This document shows, in pieces, positions 43,774-54,619 of a stretch of 64,000 nucleotides of DNA. Location of the stretch: NCBI GenBank assembly GCA_000091205.1, contig AP006499.2. One strand, written 5' to 3'. Position 1 is the first letter of the stretch; every line of letters begins with the position of its first letter. The notes beneath the pieces were generated by a model, which searched no databases, was not told the DNA's origin, and saw nothing but the letters and a program-made list of their open reading frames with translations. A program made the position numbers and the translations under genes. This DNA is from Cyanidioschyzon merolae (lineage: Eukaryota).

Positions 43774-45477
43774 TCAGAGCTCCCGAAAAGACTCCCCGAA
43801 GCTTTCTTGCGCCTCCATCATAACGGTACTGTCGTCGCCGGTGTCGGTGTCGGAGGTATTTCCTGTGTTAGGAATCCGACTTTGCAACGGGGCACTCGCA
43901 TCGTCATCATCAACGTCGATCATGTTTGGAATACTGGCATTTCGAAGCAATTGCGGATGAACGATTTGAGAGAGCGGACCCGTGGCAGTCACAGCGGCTG
44001 CGGCAACGTGTGCTCGTTGGTCATCTGCTCCGGCCGCTTTGGTATGCTCTGCGACACACGGCGTATGATAGGTGGATTCTACGGCATTACCGACGATCGT
44101 CGGTTTCAGTCGGATTGCAGGCGCATCTTCGGGCCTGTCTCGAGCCATGCCCTCGACCTGATTCCACATTGTCGCCAGTTTTTCCTTGGGCATGCTCGCA
44201 TACGCTCGCTCGTACGGTATTCCGTCCCGCTGTTGACTCGTTAATGCCGCGCGGAAGCGATCCGCCTCACTGGGGATCTCGTATCCTCCCGCATGGCCTC
44301 GTAGCATCGTCTCGCGTAAATCTGGATGGTAGTGCAGGATTTCCTCCCAGAAAAGCTGCCGCATCTGTGATGCAGTGAGCTGCTCGCGTTCGAAGAAGAA
44401 TTCCTCGGGCGGCAATGGGCTACCAGATACAATGGATTCCGGAGTATAGAGGCCTCTAAAATAAACATGCTGGAGTGCTTCCAGGGCTGTTAGGCGCTTG
44501 TTCGGATCAAACTGAAGCAGGTTTCGAAGCAGGTCCAATGCATCCGGGGGCGCGTCTGGGAACACTGTATCCAAGGGTTTCGGCGGTCGCGGCGGCAGCG
44601 AGCGCAGATGTTGTCTTACGCGCTGATTCCGCACCTTCGCAATCGACTCCTCATCCGGGGTACCGAGCAGCTTCACAATCAGCTCCAATTGCTCAAAGCT
44701 ATTCATACCGGGGAACAGGGGTTTTCCGCGATTCAAAAGTTCGGCGAAAATGCATCCCGCAGACCAGATATCGATCGCCGCTGAGTACTTTGACGAATAA
44801 CTCATGATCAGCTCTGGTGCACGATACCATCGCGTCGCCACATAATCCGTCCAGCACGCCATATCTTCTTGTTGGTTGTAGGCTAGTCGGGCGAGCCCAA
44901 AGTCGATCACCCTTAAATCACACAACTCATTAATCATGATGTTGTTCGGTTTTATATCGCGATGAAGCACGTTGCAGCTGTGCATGTAATGAAGCGCTTG
45001 CAATAGTTGATACATGAGCCATCGGATATGATCCTGCGATAACGGAATGGGTGCCCTCAGGACTCGATTCAAGTCCGCTGGCATCAACTCGAAAACCACG
45101 AACACGTCATCAAACGAGTCACGCTCCGAAGGTGCAAGAATCTCGCGGATGCTAATGATGTTTTCGTGGGAACGCAGGAGGCGCAGGAACCGAAGCTCCC
45201 GCAGGATGCGTACAGCTTCGGGAATCTCGTCGAAAACGCGGCGAATTCGTTTCACAGCCACTTTTTCCCCTGTCTGTATATCAATCGCTGAGCACACAAC
45301 CCCATAAGCACCTTCTCCGATGATTGACACGAACCTGTAACGGTTACCAATTAGGCGTGCATCAAAGAAAGCGCTGCGCGCTTCAGCCGGGCGGTGTGGC
45401 TGTGGCGCCTGACGCCTATCCCCTACGTTGTAACCATCCTGAACTCCTTGGGCATGGCTGTTGCGCAAGTCGCTCAT
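43774..45477 (-). CDS. mitogen-activated protein kinase (TDY activation-loop type) with extended C-terminal region
   Basis: IGEGAYGVVCSAID..KVAVKRI, HRDIKPNNIMI, DFGLAR, ACWTDYVATRWYRAPE (TDY dual-phosphorylation motif), DIWSAGCIFAELL. There is a true ATG at 45477..45475. Confidence 0.85.
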   Translation of the reverse strand: MSDLRNSHAQGVQDGYNVGDRRQAPQPHRPAEARSAFFDARLIGNRYRFVSIIGEGAYGVVCSAIDIQTGEKVAVKRIRRVFDEIPEAVRILRELRFLRLLRSHENIISIREILAPSERDSFDDVFVVFELMPADLNRVLRAPIPLSQDHIRWLMYQLLQALHYMHSCNVLHRDIKPNNIMINELCDLRVIDFGLARLAYNQQEDMACWTDYVATRWYRAPELIMSYSSKYSAAIDIWSAGCIFAELLNRGKPLFPGMNSFEQLELIVKLLGTPDEESIAKVRNQRVRQHLRSLPPRPPKPLDTVFPDAPPDALDLLRNLLQFDPNKRLTALEALQHVYFRGLYTPESIVSGSPLPPEEFFFEREQLTASQMRQLFWEEILHYHPDLRETMLRGHAGGYEIPSEADRFRAALTSQQRDGIPYERAYASMPKEKLATMWNQVEGMARDRPEDAPAIRLKPTIVGNAVESTYHTPCVAEHTKAAGADDQRAHVAAAAVTATGPLSQIVHPQLLRNASIPNMIDVDDDDASAPLQSRIPNTGNTSDTDTGDDSTVMMEAQESFGESFREL

Positions 45478-46019
45478 CGGCGCCTTGAGCAGTCACAACA
45501 AGCTGTCGCACGCCCGACCCCAGCTCCGACAACGCCTCCGTCTGTCTTTGAACGTGTGCGGCGGACCGGCCAGGACTCGCTAGCCCGCAGCACGTTACAG
45601 AGCCGTGTAAAGGCAGAGCACAACACGCAACGCCCTACTCTAGCCTAGAGTATGAAGTGCAGACGAAACACCGCCACCTTTTCAACCTTGCGCCGCTTTC
45701 TTGCAAGGTTTACCTGCATGCAGGGACACGTCAGTGCCGCCAGCGACAAGGATGCGTGCGCGCGTCGTGACGATGCGTGCGCTGTCACGCCTAATCCCGC
45801 GCCGGGGCCGCTGGCCGCCTTCGAGGCCTCCGGCGCAAATCGAATCGCGCTGAGCGGCTGACGCAGCGCAGCGCTGCGCAGCGCAGGGGTGGGCTTGTGC
45901 GGTGCGCGACTGCGCAAATGCGCTCGTGGAGTGGGGGGTTGTGGAGCTGCGGCCCCGCCGCACTTCGCTGCGTTGCGCGTATCGAGCCGACGTCCCCGTG
46001 CCGTCCCCGCCATGCTCTG

Positions 46020-46330
46020 GTCAGGAAAACGAACACTGTTCCACGGCCATGGAAGGTATCTATACACCCACGCACGGATGCCTGCCAGCCGTTTTGTTTC
46101 GACCGGCCGCCTGCGATCAGTTTTGTTTTATCAGGGGACAGTGCGAGCCTGAGAGACAGCCCAAGAAAGTCGGTTCTCATCAACAGCGCCTATCGTCGGA
46201 TATTGATAGTGGCATTGAAGTCCCGATTCACAAAGTCCATTCGTGCGGTTCCGCTGGTGGAACGCACGAGTACCAGGATTGCGAGAACTCTTGTCCTCAG
46301 TGCCGTTTAGTGCTCTGCTCGCTCTTCGTA
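46020..46330 (-). mobile_element. TnpB/Fanzor-like relic, subfamily 1
   Basis: The minus strand reads *TALRTRVLAILVLVRSTSGTARMDFVNRDFNATINIRR* (motif ~46198..46240; an upstream in-frame stop limits the coding part to ~45 aa). The downstream sequence (gatcgcaggcggccggtcgaaacaaaacggctggcaggcatccgtgcgtgggtgtatagataccttccatggccgtgg) is homologous to the 36.5k copy. It lies ~550 bp upstream of the MAPK start. Confidence 0.55.
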
Positions 46331-47648
46331 CTTTTTTATCGCCGAAGCGTTCGGCCGGCTTTGCTCCATCTCGACGTTCTCAAATGTTCAATACAGCGCA
46401 ACCTCTGCACTTCCTATTTTTGAAACTGAAAGCACTCTTTCTTATGCCATTGTTTGAAGACCTTGCCGGAGAGAGAGGCACGAGCGCAAGAAAGACGACA
46501 TATGTCCGAGTGTGTCGCCATGTGCTGAACGCTTCACCAATTCGCCCAGTGCAGCGATTATAACGTTTCACGATAGAAACCACGTCTTCGATTGGCATGA
46601 ACCAGGAAGCGTATGGAGGAATGATACGCGGCTCTACCCCTGATAGAATCGGAAACAGCTCGAATGCAAGGGGAATGTTATAACGCCACCTTATCTAGTA
46701 GAAGGACGTCGTCGGACGTCAGGGAGAGGTCTTCAGTGATTCGATAAAGTGATTTGTGCTGCAGTATGAGCCTTCTCTACGAGCGAGACTTAGGCTGGCA
46801 AATGAATCCACTGCAGATAGAACAGATGATGATGTCGTCGTTCCCTTTGAGCTCGATCTTGCATGCAACCGGTGTCCTGCTCCTCGAATACCCATACACG
46901 CTCCGTCTGTCTCGTTTGAAGCAAGTCACATCGACTGGAAAAAAACAAACCGATGTTCCTCTTCTTCATGTCGATCGCTGCGTTCCAGGAAAGCTGTGGC
47001 AGTTTCGATTTCGATGGAAGATGGCCGTGCGTGAACTAGGACTTTTTTGCGACTGTATATTCGTGTTTCCATGATTACACGAACGAGCTCTTGAGAAACA
47101 GAGACGCCCGCAGTAAATAGAATCGACGCTTTTGTTTTCCGTAAGGTGTTCAACGGGTCGTTTCTACACCATTGACCGCAAGAAGTCTTTCAGAGTATCG
47201 GCATTTGATGCGGAGCGCGTGTACTCTTTTCTATGAACATTCCTCAGTCATCAGGGTACTGTGCAACGACTGACCTGAAGGAGGAATGCCATCCTCCATG
47301 CACTGCTCAGTCAAGTATATATATCCTAAAGGCAATTCGTCTACGATCTATGCTGTACATTGCATCGATCTTTCGATCTCTCGCGCTGTACTGCGAAAAA
47401 AGCATTCGATCACATGCGGCGATGACGGAATAAAATAGAACTGAACGACCAGAAAAGGCACTTTTCACGCGACTCCGAACTAGCAGGTAAAGCGTGCCGG
47501 TACGCCTGCGCAGCCGATTGGCGCTCGAATTCCTTGCCGCTGCGCAGCACTGCGTCTGAGTAGGTCGTTGTGCTGCAAGGCTGCGGCCTTTCTCGAGGGT
47601 GTGCTGCAGAAACCGCCTTGACGGTGGCTAGGGGCGACAGGACCGTGT

Positions 47649-48596
47649 ATGTTCCTGAACGTTCAAGTCTGTGCCCGTTCGGTTACTCCCAAGCCGGCAG
47701 CGTCTCTCGCATTGCTCGTTTTGCAGTCTCAGCGAGGGCCTCTCCCTGCAGACGCCGCACGGTGTCGGCGTCAGTTTCCGACCTCGCAAACGAGGGTCTG
47801 TCGCTTGCGAATGGCCTCACCAGTGAAGAAGCTCAACTTGGAGGATCTTAGAACGAAACTCATACGTCAGGAGGAGACCATCATCTTCGCGCTGATAGAG
47901 AGAGCGCAATTCAAACACAACGCAGTAATCTACGAGAAAAATGGGCCGCTGTTTCGCATACCGGGCTTTACCGGCTCATTCCTCGACTATCTTCTGGTGG
48001 AGACTGAACGACTACACGCCAAAGTGCGGCGCTACACAGCCCCTGACGAGCACGCCTTCTTCCCAAACCAGTTACCGCAACCGATACTCCCGCCGTTGGA
48101 CTACGAGCAGGTGCTCCATCCGAACGACATCAATGTGAATCACAAAATCATGCAAGTCTACGTCCACGAGATCGTCAACCGCCTCACAGAAGAGGGCGAC
48201 GATCTCAACTATGGCTCATCCTGCGTGAATGATGTGGCCTGCCTACAGGCTTTGAGTAAGCGCATTCATTACGGAAAATTCGTAGCCGAGGCCAAGTACC
48301 AAGCCAATAAGGAACAGTATCAACCTCTAATCGAGCGACGCGATGCGGCCGCTATTGAGCAGCTGCTCACGGATCGGGCGGTTGAAGAGAAGCTGCTGCG
48401 ACGAATCGAGATGAAAGCCGCCACCTACGGCCGAGAGGTCGAGGTTGGTCAACTCCAACGATGGCGCACGGGATCGGATCGGTTTGGTGACGAGGTCCAG
48501 CAGTTTCCACACCTGTTAGCGAACATCTATGAACATTATGTCATACCGCTGACAAAAGAGGTTGAGGTTTTGTATATGCTGCAGCGATGGCCCTAG
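47649..48596 (+). CDS. chorismate mutase (eukaryotic AroQ type) with N-terminal extension (probable transit peptide)
   Basis: LNLEDLRTKLIRQEETIIFALIERAQF, YTAPDEHAFFPNQLP, VNHKIMQVYVHEIVNRLTEEGDD and RIHYGKFVAEAKYQAN match yeast/plant chorismate mutase. There is a true ATG at 47649. The first 54 aa are S/R/A-rich with no acidic residues before the MASPVKK core. Confidence 0.8.
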   Translation: MFLNVQVCARSVTPKPAASLALLVLQSQRGPLPADAARCRRQFPTSQTRVCRLRMASPVKKLNLEDLRTKLIRQEETIIFALIERAQFKHNAVIYEKNGPLFRIPGFTGSFLDYLLVETERLHAKVRRYTAPDEHAFFPNQLPQPILPPLDYEQVLHPNDINVNHKIMQVYVHEIVNRLTEEGDDLNYGSSCVNDVACLQALSKRIHYGKFVAEAKYQANKEQYQPLIERRDAAAIEQLLTDRAVEEKLLRRIEMKAATYGREVEVGQLQRWRTGSDRFGDEVQQFPHLLANIYEHYVIPLTKEVEVLYMLQRWP

Positions 48597-51113
48597 AGAC
48601 GTGACCGCACGGTATACCTGCACTTTCAGAACTGGGCATGTGCATGCGTCTTGACGACCCAGGGCGAGAAACTGCAACAACGACGCCAGATACAGCAGGC
48701 AGCAGCGGCTCGAGCGAGTGCGTCTCGCGATACCATTTGCGAAGCGACCGGCATGCTGGAACGACCACAAAGACGCGCGGGACGCAGCGTGATCGTACCT
48801 GTATCTATCGCTAGTGGTTGCAGCACTACGTAGCGAGATCCGATGCACTCATCGAGAACACGTCATCGTGGAGAGAAATGCGCACAGAGACTATCGCTGC
48901 ATCATTTTCGGGTGCAGCATTGCGACGCACCGAGGAAAACCGATCACGCGAGCATACCGTGAAGCGGGATAGATGTTTCCGCGAAGAAAAGTTTTTTCCA
49001 CAGTCTAAAATAGGGCCTTTTTGCATCATTCCTGGACGTTCAAATGGAAACACCAAGCATTGATTGCCCTTGACGTATTCGCCGGGCCAGATGGTTCCTG
49101 TTCCAGCTGCTCTGAGCATGAAGAATGCGGAACGTGCACGCTGCATTCCACGAGTTGCTGCGCCGCAGTAGCACGCGTTTGCGCGGTCCCGATTACAGTC
49201 CGCAAAGGTTCAGGTTTTTGGTTTCAAGCTGGCGACAGTTCGTATGTGCAGGAGGGATTGGGGATCCATCTAGACTGCCAATAGAAAAGCGCGAGTCGAA
49301 AGCAGCGTTCATGTACGGCGCTCAACTCTGCAGATCCGCTTTGCAAGGAAGCGATCGGACGGTTGCACGCGACGTCGCATGCGTTTCGATACACCCGCCT
49401 AACGCGTTACCGGGCAAGAGACACCACGGAAACCCGGCTAATATACACGATGTGTCGATAAAGACACATGCTTCATGCAGCCTGCTGGTCTGCTGGACTG
49501 CAACGCCGCCACCCGTGAAGTGTATTGAACGCGCGGAAGCGTCGAGGCAGCTGCATTGGAGCGGAGATCGAGACCCTGGGAACCGGCTCTGGAAGCGGAA
49601 ATTCCGGTTTACCCGTGTCAGAATAAAAAATAGAACGAGTCGCGTTCGCCAGCCGAGGCATACGTTCTAAAGTCTGGGACTCTTCGCATGAACGCCAGCG
49701 CCAGCCTCCACGGGATTTTTTTGCGTATGTTTTGTTTGCTTGTCTCGGAACTATAACTCTGTTTTCAGCTGCCAGGCGATGTGCACGGCGACGTAAATGT
49801 TCCTATTTCGTCGCTTTCGGGGGTTGTCGACGCATTTCATGCTCAGGTAAAAGTTGTAATCTCCGCTTTGCCAGCCATTTTCCTTCTCTTTAGATACAGG
49901 ATCGGTGTGCCCTGCGCAGCTGTGGCACTTGACTAACGGCACGTGCTCCGATACATTCAATGCATCTTCTCGCGAGAGCGCCGAACTCTGCCGCGTGAAC
50001 GCTTGCTTCTTCGCTCGGCACATGCCCTTGACAAGGACAGAACTTTCACCCTGATGCTGTTCTCCGCTTCTGCGCCCAGGATCGTACCATGCGATCAGGG
50101 GCTCCTTCAGGGAGCTCGCCCCGGAGAGCACGCCGGCTGCTCCTTATGCGAGCGCATGCAGTTCCATTCGAAAGAGAGTTTCTGAAAGGCGAGGCTCTCC
50201 GTGATGAAGCAAGTATTGTAAGGAAAAATCAGGCTGGAGATCGTCTCTAGAAATTCCGATCCGTCTGTGATCCCTCTTTGCGGAAAGCGTTGACGAAGTC
50301 TCCATCGGAAGCGATCGCCTCTGTGGCTCAAGTCCGAATCCAAGACTCTTTTCCATGAAAGAAGACACGGGAACTTCTGGGACCATACCTTGTGAATTGT
50401 ATCATGGTACAGTGGAGTCCCGTTTCACCAGTTACCATGACGAGAGGAGGATTTATCTCTCGAACGCAGTCTGTGATTCAGCGAGACAAGTTCAGTGAAT
50501 GTTCGGCATGAGATTGTGAACAATGCCCCCAAAGAGTGAAGTCGAGCAGTTTCCTCGTCAATCGAGCGGGCGAATGATTATGGTCACGAGATGTCCTGGA
50601 GCATGAAGATCGATAAGATAAGGCAAGCTTGATTTGTGTATTTTACATATAAGGGAAGGAGAAGGATGGATGCTTTTTCATATGCATTGGATAATACTGT
50701 CGGTTGTTTTACCAGTGCTTGTTCGAGCGCGTTACGAATCATCCCGATTCCGGTGACGCAACGAATGCCAGTGGCAGACAATATTGCAGGTGCCACTTCG
50801 AAACGACGACCGAGGATCCGAAAACTACCTATGGATCCGTAAGCGCATTGTGCTGCGCTTCGAACGCCTACCAAGCGCATCAAAAAAATTCGTACGGAAA
50901 TCGAAAACCAGGAAACGATTGCCCAGTTCACTTTACCACTTGAAGCTGACACCAACGTAGATGCATAGATCCAAAACTCTACGTCAACTCGCCGACGCCC
51001 CTAGAGCGATTGTGATCATCATCAGGTCGAGTGGTGCGCGATGTGCGCTCGCTTTTGCTAGAATGGCACCAGATGCATTCGGGGTGTACGGAACGCGAAC
51101 AAGACTGCTTTAT

Positions 51114-52766
51114 TTAAACGCGAAGAACTCCGGCCATACTCAACGGTGAATGATTGTTGTCGGCTTCAGCATACCGACTGCGATACTCGTCTAGATACGG
51201 ATACACGCATTCGTGCAAAAATTCATCGACTTGTTGGGGCGCACGGCCCACGAATTCAGAGCCGCTACAAAGCGAGTCTATTTGATCCCTAATACAAGCG
51301 AAACGATCATCGTTTCTGAGACGTTCCAGAAGGTCATTGTCAAGCCCTTGGTCCTTCACGCGTGCAGCTGCGGCTACGCTATGCTGCCGAATCGCTTCAT
51401 GCATGGTTTGGCGGTCTTGCCCGGCGCGAACTGCGGCCATAAGAATATTTTCCGTCGCCATGAAAGGAAGTTCTTGAAGCAGATTGCGCTCTACTACCCG
51501 AGGATGCACAACCAGGCCACGACTTATGTTGAGCACCAGCTGAAGGATCGCATCCGTTGTCAGAAACGCCTCACTGATCGCAAGTCGCCGATTCGCCGAG
51601 TCGTCCAGGGTGCGCTCCAACCACTGCGTCGAGGCTGTTTCGGCGGGATTCAACACAAGCGTTTGCAGGAAACGAGCAAGACCATTGATCCGTTCCGAGC
51701 GCATCGGATTTCGTTTGTAGGCCATCGCTGAGCTCCCGATTTGGTGCTCCTCGTACGGCTCCTCGACCTCCTTGAGATGCTGCAGAAGTCGAATGTCGTT
51801 CGCCATTTTGGCCGCCGACTGTCCGATTCCAGCTAAAACTGCCAAGACGAAAAAGTCCTGTTTGCGAGAATACGTCTGACCGGTGACAGCGAAGCTCGCT
51901 GCGAAACCCATTCGCTCTGTGACGAGTCGATCGAGCTGCCGCACACGCTCGTGCTCGCCGTCGAACAGCGCCAGGAAAGATGCCTGGGTTCCGGTGGTTC
52001 CTTTCACACCCCTGAACTTGATCTCATTCAGCATGCGCTCGACCTGGTGTGCGTCCATCAGGAAATCCTGAATCCATAGACATGCTCGCTTGCCCACGGT
52101 TGTGGGTTGTGCCGGCTGGAAATGCGTGTAGGAGAGGGTCGGCAGCTCGCGGTATCGCTCCGCAAACTGGGCGAGCTCTCCAATACAAAGCCAGAGCATA
52201 CGATGGAGCAACGTCAGTCCGCGTCTTTGCTGTAGAAGCTCAGAATTGTCGGTGACATAGCACGACGTAGCCCCTAGGTGGATAATGGGTCGCGCGACCG
52301 GTACCTGATCACCAAGCGCGTGGACGTGGGCCATAACGTCGTGGCGAAGCTTTGCCTCATAAGCGGCGGCTGCCTCAAGTGGAATCGGAAAATCATCTTC
52401 TGCGGCTTTGCGCAGGGCCTCAACCTGTTCGGAGGTTATCTGAAGACCCAGGGAGCGCTCACAGTCAGCGAGGACGTACCACAGTTTTCGCCACAGGCGA
52501 AAGCGGTACACGTCCGAAAAGGTCTCGCGCATTGCGGCTGAAGCATATCGCGTGGAGAGTGGGGATACATATGTTGGGCCAGTTGCGTTAAACTGAGACT
52601 TTTGCGCTTCGTTCGCCGACATGACGCTATGAACACAGCGTTGCAGCGCTACCGATCGGAAAGCTGCCCCTTTTCTGCGCCTCGCGACAATTTCTCCCCG
52701 ATGACTACTTTTTCGTAGACTTGTAAAACTCGGAGCAGCGGAAAACGCAAAAGCGAGCGTCAGCAT
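51114..52766 (-). CDS. ADSL: adenylosuccinate lyase (purine biosynthesis), with N-terminal extension
   Basis: SPLSTRYAS..FSDVYRFRLWRKLWYVLADCERSLGL aligns with the human ADSL N-terminus. The fumarate-lyase signature GSSAMAYKRNPMRSE is present, and the domains are full length. The track start 52814 is GTG; the first ATG (MLTLAFAFSAAPSFTSLRK..., transit-peptide-like) is at 52766, and an internal ATG lies at 52622. Confidence 0.9.
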   Translation of the reverse strand: MLTLAFAFSAAPSFTSLRKSSHRGEIVARRRKGAAFRSVALQRCVHSVMSANEAQKSQFNATGPTYVSPLSTRYASAAMRETFSDVYRFRLWRKLWYVLADCERSLGLQITSEQVEALRKAAEDDFPIPLEAAAAYEAKLRHDVMAHVHALGDQVPVARPIIHLGATSCYVTDNSELLQQRRGLTLLHRMLWLCIGELAQFAERYRELPTLSYTHFQPAQPTTVGKRACLWIQDFLMDAHQVERMLNEIKFRGVKGTTGTQASFLALFDGEHERVRQLDRLVTERMGFAASFAVTGQTYSRKQDFFVLAVLAGIGQSAAKMANDIRLLQHLKEVEEPYEEHQIGSSAMAYKRNPMRSERINGLARFLQTLVLNPAETASTQWLERTLDDSANRRLAISEAFLTTDAILQLVLNISRGLVVHPRVVERNLLQELPFMATENILMAAVRAGQDRQTMHEAIRQHSVAAAARVKDQGLDNDLLERLRNDDRFACIRDQIDSLCSGSEFVGRAPQQVDEFLHECVYPYLDEYRSRYAEADNNHSPLSMAGVLRV

Positions 52767-53100
52767 CACCCGATAGCGACGTGTTGCTCGCGTTGTACGC
52801 AGGTTACGCGTCACTCGTTGAACGCGAGTCTGTGGCAGCGCAACGAGTTCGGGGTCGAGGCGACCGCTAGCGTCTATGGAGTGCGTTCCTCGCGGCAGGT
52901 AGCTGTGGTATGAACAATGGTGACGGATACAGCTCCGAGCGTTGCCACTTCACCTGGCGTGTATACCAGCTTTATTTTTAGAACCTCATGGAAACGCGCC
53001 CAGTCATAGGCGTATGCAAGGCGTGCATGAGCGCCCGGACGGCAAACACTAGCGCGCAACGCTTTATATACCAAATTTCGTGCTAATTGTTGCGAGTCGC

Positions 53101-53185
53101 GGTAGTATAGCTCAGTCGGTTAGAGCGTGCGGCTGTTAAGACAGTAGAAACCGCAAGGTCGAGAGTTCAAGCCTCTCTACTACCG
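53101..53185 (+). tRNA. tRNA-Asn (anticodon GTT) with 11-nt intron after the anticodon loop
   Basis: Manual fold: acceptor GGTAGTA/TACTACC (7 bp), U8, D-arm GCTC-AGTCGGTTA-GAGC, anticodon stem TGCGG/CCGCA with loop CTGTTAA (identical to the canonical Asn loop), ~11 extra nt (gacagtagaaa) between loop and 3' stem, variable AGGTC, T-arm GAGAG-TTCAAGC-CTCTC, discriminator G. A T6 run at 53191 serves as the Pol III terminator. Confidence 0.8.
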
Positions 53186-54619
53186 TCAGCTTTTTTCCTC
53201 CGCCAAAGTTCGAGAATCTTGCGTGAAATATATAAGCTGCAGAATTTCGACGTCAAAAGAAAGCCTTCCCTACATGAAGCCGCCCTTCGCTGAGCGATAG
53301 TGTATGCGCTGCCCGCTAACGTCGTGGATGTTCTACCACAGAGACCACGCTCTCAACAAAGAGGTCGTGCACGAGCACCATGTCGTCACGACTGGCGACG
53401 AGAACGTGAGTGCGAGTCCAAGACAGCAGGCTTCGTGCGCCACTACAGCGCATACGACCGGTGCACTTGGGCTGTTGAGGTCGCGTTGTGCTCGCCCGGT
53501 CTCCTGACTCTGGACTTGTTTGACCTCAGCTTTTGACGGGGCGCGACGGTTTTCGGCTGCAGAACCTGGAAACCCCCTCAACCGTCCGACAGATTCATGG
53601 GTTTTTCAATTGGACAAGACGCGCTTCGGGGCCACGTGCGCAAGAGACAAAAGCGCTTGCCTCGCATATCATTACTGCAAAGCTACCGGATGCAGCAGAG
53701 GTATGTGCATGCTTTATCGTTACAGGCTGCAGTCCGTAATATGCTTCTCGCGTTTCAAGCATTCAATGGAGTTGCCCCATAGAACGCCTAAACCTCCCCG
53801 TCACTGCAGCGGATACGACATTGCTGGTATATAGACGACACCTGGTTAGTGCACCGTCGGCTTCTGTGAGACCTGCATGCCTCGGGCCTCCGAGTGGCAA
53901 GCGCTTCCACGCAGAACGTTCAGTGCCTGCGCTGGGCAGTGCATGAAAAAGCGGGGCGATTGCTCTTGAACTTCCCGCATTGTGTCACGCTTCGGGTTGC
54001 TTTCACGTCGCTCCGGGAAAACGATTCCCATGTGACAACAGTTATCGCTCATGCGGTGTACAGAACGAATTTCATCGAATGACTTGTGTTTGCATCTATG
54101 AGCTACCGCTGCTCAAGCCGCGGACCAGTGCGCTAGTCGCAGGCATGTGTCGCTCACACCGGATCCGTGTCTGTCACGATCGATATGGACGAGTCCGGAT
54201 TCCTGCCATACAAAAAGAATCTTGGTAAACGAACCACGACTCTAGATGGCATGGTATCCGCTCATGACTTGCCACTTTTACTGCGCATGCATCTGTAGCG
54301 CATACGTCGTTCCCCAGCTACCTGTGTTTGGCGAGGTCCCGCGGCAAGCTAGAATATCGTTCAGTGACCAGCAGGTTCCGAGAGGGCACGGGCCGCCTGC
54401 TGCCGGTCGTTGTGGCCTCGGTCTGAGCTCGGAATCCTTCCGTCGACAAAGAGAACGGACGCGCATGCGGCTCGAAAGACCCTCCATGACAAGCGCCTGG
54501 GATGCAACATGTTTCCATGGTATGAGGAACCTGCAAGTCACAGCGCTTCTTGAGAGTGGCGACATACAAGGACGAACCCCCATTCGCAGTTCAAAAAAGC
54601 TATTGCATGGTTTACGTTC

